Below are positions 60,508 through 64,000 of a DNA stretch of 64,000 nt, in pieces. The position numbers were made by a program, and so were the translations under genes. Below the pieces are notes generated by a model. It worked only from the letters and a program-made list of their open reading frames with translations. It did no database searches and was not told the DNA's origin. This stretch comes from an uncultured Acidobacteriota bacterium (GTDB lineage Bacteria > Acidobacteriota > Vicinamibacteria > Vicinamibacterales > 2-12-FULL-66-21), in contig CAWDPQ010000009.1 in the NCBI GenBank assembly GCA_963804245.1, positions 657,234 to 721,233 of the forward strand. Reading direction: 5' to 3'. Numbering within the stretch: the first letter of the stretch is position 1; each line of letters opens with the position of its first letter.

Positions 60508-60579
60508 TTTTTCAGCGCTCGTCCAGACCCACGCCCCGCTCGCTCTCGCTCGAGCCCCGAGCCCCCGAGCCCCCGAGCC
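60508..60579. repeat. truncated R1-type core joined to GAGCCCC array
   Basis: TTTTTCAGCGCTCG..CCCCGCTCGCTCTCGCTCGAGCCCCGAGCCCCCGAGCCCCCGAGCC. It lacks the GGCGGCTTCGCGCC..GGCCGCAGGCGCT half. Confidence 0.7.
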
Positions 60580-60613
60580 AGGATCTTGCCAAGCCCCGTG
60601 GGCCCGTATATAA

Positions 60614-61441
60614 GTGGCTCGTGAGACGTGGAATATGATTCCACATTCCGGAATACCTGAAAAGGTCGAACGCGACCCGCAGACCTCGCTCGAGAAGGCG
60701 CTCGACGTCTGCGAAGCACTGGCTGGTGCACAGCGGGGATTGAGCGTCACCGATCTTGCGCGGGGGCTCAGGCAGCCGGCACCGACGGTTCATCGCCTCC
60801 TCGCGGTGCTGAAGCGGCGCGGATTCGTTCGTCAGGACGAAGAGACTGCCCGCTACAGCCTGACGCTGAAAATGCTCGACCTCAGCTTCCGGCTGCTCGG
60901 CCGATCCGAGCTGCGGCTGCATGCCTATCCGGTTCTGCGCGAGTACGTCCTGAGGACCGGATTGCGGGCGTTCGTCGCGGTTCCGGCGGCCGGCGAGGTC
61001 ACCTATTTGTGGAGTGCCGGGCCGGACGCTGTGGGCATGCACACCGCGTACGGACGGCAGATGCCCGTGCACTGCGCGGTGTATCTGGATGCTGCCGCCG
61101 ACCGGCGCTTGAGTTGTCTGCGCCTCGAGCAGGCTCGCGATGCCGAGCAGCCAGAACGCATCGCCGTCCGCTTCGGCAAGGATTCACGCGATCCGGCGCG
61201 CCCGCCGCTGCAGCGTCTGTTGTGCACCTGTGCACCCGTCAACGACTACACAGGACGGGAAGTCGCGCGCGTGGGCGTGTTCCAGCATGCGGCCGCCGAG
61301 CGGCCGTTCGTTGGCGAGCAGACTGTTGCGGCAGCGGAGCTCGCGCGGCTGATTTCCGTGCGCCTGGGCTTCCTCCCAGCGGCGACGGGTGGAGAGGACT
61401 TCATTCAGCGAAGGAGCGTCAGTGGCGTACATCATTACTGA
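60614..61441 (+). CDS. IclR family transcriptional regulator
   Basis: SLEKALDVCEALAGAQRGLSVTDLARGLRQPAPTVHRLLAVLKRRGFV (wHTH) plus a C-terminal effector domain. The start may be ATG 60635. Confidence 0.85.
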   Translation: MARETWNMIPHSGIPEKVERDPQTSLEKALDVCEALAGAQRGLSVTDLARGLRQPAPTVHRLLAVLKRRGFVRQDEETARYSLTLKMLDLSFRLLGRSELRLHAYPVLREYVLRTGLRAFVAVPAAGEVTYLWSAGPDAVGMHTAYGRQMPVHCAVYLDAAADRRLSCLRLEQARDAEQPERIAVRFGKDSRDPARPPLQRLLCTCAPVNDYTGREVARVGVFQHAAAERPFVGEQTVAAAELARLISVRLGFLPAATGGEDFIQRRSVSGVHHY

Positions 61442-61682
61442 GCCGTGCATCGGGACCAAAGACAGTGCATGCGTCGACGTCTGTCCGGTCGACTGTATTC
61501 ACCCGCGCAAAGACGAACCGGAGTTTGCGACGGTCGAGATGCTGTACATCCATCCCGACGAGTGCATCGACTGCGGCGCTTGCGTTCCCGCGTGTCCGGT
61601 AGAGGCCATCTTCGCGCTCGACGAAACACCGGAGAAGTGGAAGAACTTCATTCCCATGAACGCGGAGTATTACCAGAAGTAA
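61422..61682 (+). CDS. fdxA: 7Fe-type ferredoxin
   Basis: GTG start 5 nt after AAGGAG. (M)AYIITEPCIGTKDSACVDVCPVDCIH and YIHPDECIDCGACVPACPVEAI. Confidence 0.88.
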   Translation: MAYIITEPCIGTKDSACVDVCPVDCIHPRKDEPEFATVEMLYIHPDECIDCGACVPACPVEAIFALDETPEKWKNFIPMNAEYYQK

Positions 61683-61785
61683 GCTGCCAGCCTCGCAGCA
61701 GCCAGCTTCCAGCTGCTGGCGACCAGCTAATCGCTTGCAGGTGAGGCTGTTTAGCTGGCTGCTGGAAGCTGGAGGCTGGAAGCTT
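61683..61785. repeat. heptamer-array hairpin (CCAGCTN arms)
   Basis: GCTGCCAGCCTCGCAGCAGCCAGCTTCCAGCTGCTGGCGACCAGCTAA / centre / TTAGCTGGCTGCTGGAAGCTGGAGGCTGGAAGC. It fills the gap between fdxA and the next gene. Confidence 0.85.
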
Positions 61786-61786
61786 C

Positions 61787-63280
61787 ATGCGAAGCGCGTT
61801 CGCACCCTTCGCGATATGGCTGGTTTCGGCCGGACTGTTGATTGCTCAGGAGCCGCCGTTCACCCAGGCCGACGTCCAGGCGCAGCTGGGCGATCTCCTG
61901 CTGGGCGAGGGACGGTACGCTGAGGCCGCCGACGCGTATCGGCGGGCGCTGCCGTCGGATACGCTCGGCAGCCGCGCAGGTGTCGGGATGGTCGTCGCGG
62001 CGCTGCGAATGGGGGAGTTCGATTCCGCCTACAACACCGCGACGGCGCTGCGAGCGCGATTTCCAGAAGCGGCGGATGTCGCCGCAATCCACGGAGACGC
62101 GCTTTGGGCGTACGGACTGTTCGATGCCGCCGAAGCCGCCTATGGCGTGGCAGCTGCGGCCGACGACGGGGAGGCGCGCGCTCGCCACGGCCGCGCGCGC
62201 GGGCTGGCTGCACGCAACCGTCTCGACGAGGCCATTCTGGAAGCGCAGGAGGCACTGCGGCTGAACCCGCGGCAGGCTGATTTCCACTACACGGTCGCTG
62301 CCATTTACGCGCAGATGCACCGCTTCCAGGAGGCGGCGCTGGCCCTCCGCAACTACGTCAACCTCCTTCCCAACCGCGACGTCAGTGAAAAGGCGGCATG
62401 GTCACGTTCCGAGATTCGTTTCCTGGAATCGTTCGACGGCCGTCAACCATTCGATCTCGGCTCGAGCGGTGCCTCGCACGTCTGGCGCGTCCCGATTCGT
62501 ATCGACCGCGACAAGGTCCTGGTACGCGCGAAGGTGAATGGCGGCGGCAACCAGGACTTCATCCTCGATACCGGCGCCGAACGCATGGTGGTCTCGCGGG
62601 AGGTTGCACGGCGTCGCGGCGTCCATCCGATCACCCATATTCAGACCGCCGGCGTCGGTGAAGTGGGACTGCGCGGTCTCGAGATCGGACGGATCAATAC
62701 GCTGCAGATCGGCGACCTCATGATCCGGAACGTGCCGTGCCTGATCAAGAATCCGCCGCTCGGCGGGTTGCCGGGGCGCGAGCCGGAAAGCTTTTCACCG
62801 CTGGCGCTCGGCCTGTCGATGCGGATTGACTACGTCCGACGCGAGCTGATCATGACGCGGCAGCTGCCGTCCGAACGTTACGGCGCGGAACTGCCCCTGC
62901 GCATGCATCGTCTCGCCATGGTCGTCGGGCGGGTCAACGGCACGCACACGGCCACGTTCGTCGTCGATACTGGCGGGGAAGTCATTTCGATCAGCCAGAG
63001 CACCGCCGGTCTCATTCACCCGGCGCCCTCCGCCCGTCGCATTCCGCTGAAAGTCTACGGCACGTCGGGATGGGACAAGGGGGCGTTTCTCATGCCGAAC
63101 GTCGATCTCGAGTTCAGCTCGATCCGATTCAGCCGGATTCCAGTCGTCGTGTTGAACCTGAAGGCGCCGAGCACCTTGCTCGGCTTTCAGCTCGGCGGGA
63201 TCGTCGGCCACCGATTCCTCAGCAAGTATCGGGTGTCGATCGACCTCAATCGAAGCGTCGTGGGGTTGGATGCGAATTGA
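61787..63280 (+). CDS. secreted TPR protein with two retropepsin-like aspartic protease lobes
   Basis: Signal peptide and TPR-like helices. FILDTGAERMVVS (Asp codon at 62567) and FVVDTGGEVISIS (Asp codon at 62966). Confidence 0.82.
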   Translation: MRSAFAPFAIWLVSAGLLIAQEPPFTQADVQAQLGDLLLGEGRYAEAADAYRRALPSDTLGSRAGVGMVVAALRMGEFDSAYNTATALRARFPEAADVAAIHGDALWAYGLFDAAEAAYGVAAAADDGEARARHGRARGLAARNRLDEAILEAQEALRLNPRQADFHYTVAAIYAQMHRFQEAALALRNYVNLLPNRDVSEKAAWSRSEIRFLESFDGRQPFDLGSSGASHVWRVPIRIDRDKVLVRAKVNGGGNQDFILDTGAERMVVSREVARRRGVHPITHIQTAGVGEVGLRGLEIGRINTLQIGDLMIRNVPCLIKNPPLGGLPGREPESFSPLALGLSMRIDYVRRELIMTRQLPSERYGAELPLRMHRLAMVVGRVNGTHTATFVVDTGGEVISISQSTAGLIHPAPSARRIPLKVYGTSGWDKGAFLMPNVDLEFSSIRFSRIPVVVLNLKAPSTLLGFQLGGIVGHRFLSKYRVSIDLNRSVVGLDAN

Positions 63281-63282
63281 CG

Positions 63283-63411
63283 CCTTATCTCAGTGCGCTT
63301 GGGGCCCCACCCCCAAGCGCTCTCGCTCGCGGGCTCGGCTCCGCCTCGCTCCCCTCCGGCCGCTCGCTCGGGCCGCAGGCGCTCTCCTAGCTCCTGGCTC
63401 CTAGCTCCTGA
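63283..63411 (-). repeat. MITE-like core family R1 copy f + CTCCTAG heptamer array
   Basis: ..GTGCGCTTGGGGCCCCACCCCCAAGCGCTCTCGCTCGCGGGCTCGG..CGCTCGGGCCGCAGGCGCT, then CTCCTAG CTCCTGG CTCCTAG CTCCTGA (63384-63411). The array encodes the last 8 codons and the stop of the thioesterase gene. Confidence 0.85.
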
Positions 63412-63854
63412 CCGAGCGCCCGACGGGCCTTCAGCCTCTCGGCGCGCCTGAGCTCCGCCTCGGCCGCTTTCCGTTTCTCTTCCTCGGTTTCGAGAAGCAG
63501 CGGCGGCACCTGCACGCGCTTGCCGGCCGTGTCGATCGTGACGAAGGTGAGGTAGGCACGGCTGGTCAGCTGCCGTAGTCCGGTGAGAATTTCTTCCGAG
63601 AACACCTCGACTTCTGCTTCGAGCGATGTGCTCCAGGCGGCGGTGACACGCGAGTGCAGGATGATGAGGTCGCCAACCTTGATCGGGTGCAGGAACTGCA
63701 GCCCGTCGACGGCAGCGGTCACCAGCAGACTTCGCGTATGCCGGTGGCAGGCAATGGCCCCGACGATGTCGATGAGGTGCATCACCGTGCCACCGAGGAT
63801 GAAGCCGAGCGGGTTGGCATCGTTCGGGAGAACGACCTGCACCATCTCCGTCAT
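63387..63854 (-). CDS. acyl-CoA thioesterase (hotdog fold, YciA/BFIT-like)
   Basis: Start at ATG 63854 (MTEMVQVVLPNDANPLGFILGGTVMHLIDIVGAIA). Confidence 0.85.
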   Translation of the reverse strand: MTEMVQVVLPNDANPLGFILGGTVMHLIDIVGAIACHRHTRSLLVTAAVDGLQFLHPIKVGDLIILHSRVTAAWSTSLEAEVEVFSEEILTGLRQLTSRAYLTFVTIDTAGKRVQVPPLLLETEEEKRKAAEAELRRAERLKARRALGQELGARS

Positions 63855-63895
63855 CGATTCCGATGGACGTTTTGCTGCGACGCTGGGAGATGCGC

Positions 63896-64000
63896 TCAAT
63901 TGCGACAACCGCGGTCGACGAACGCTTTCAGCGTCCACCGCAGCTCGGCCGGGAGATCTTCTTCCTTGATTGTGCGGAGAAGGGAAACCGTGGACGCGTA
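63896..64000 (-). CDS. 3' end of an unidentified gene continuing beyond the window
   Basis: Frame open from the window edge to TGA (63896-63898): ..TVSLLRTIKEEDLPAELRWTLKAFVDRGCRN. Too short to classify. Confidence 0.3.
   Translation of the reverse strand, partial: YASTVSLLRTIKEEDLPAELRWTLKAFVDRGCRN

Overview
Visibly GC-rich (not computed), densely coding bacterial chromosomal window. The lineage is probably a soil Acidobacteriota-like organism, judged only from gene content and repeat style, so this is low confidence.

I found no rRNA, tRNA, CRISPR array, transposase, integrase or phage genes.

Gene content, left to right:
- ABC-2 exporter; GGCT-like and PilZ proteins; an aldehyde dehydrogenase; a membrane PAS histidine kinase.
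- A CarboxypepD_reg/TonB-dependent receptor.
- A thiolase / IPMDH-like / thiolase / hbd block; folE.
- Two CBM6-type secreted proteins, one heavily frameshifted.
- A LON-N / VWA / ChlI-like ATPase trio.
- GDPD; a membrane-fused spermidine-synthase-like gene with a deleted paralogue remnant beside it; an M49-like peptidase.
- aceE-aceF-lpd plus lipA; a family-5-like UDG.
- An aerobic benzoyl-CoA (box) cluster with a BzdR/BoxR-type regulator.
- IclR, fdxA, a TPR/double-retropepsin protein and a thioesterase.

Most interesting locus: an eight-gene, single-strand envelope cluster at 52.7-60.1 kb. It contains three paralogous lipoproteins with an invariant 5-His/2-Cys cupredoxin-like motif and a beta-barrel protein. 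A good sigma-54 promoter sits ahead of these, directly downstream of an NtrC-type regulator/kinase pair, a type-1-copper-like cupredoxin and a porin-like protein.

Second theme: an unusually rich non-coding layer.
- Degenerate 7-8 bp tandem arrays start at or just after stop codons at about 16 loci.
- They are often fused to about 80-125 bp GC-rich MITE-like cores (two related families).
- There is also a REP-like hairpin family.

Caveat: several genes, including aceE and lipA, carry frameshifts. Most of these look like consensus errors rather than biology.
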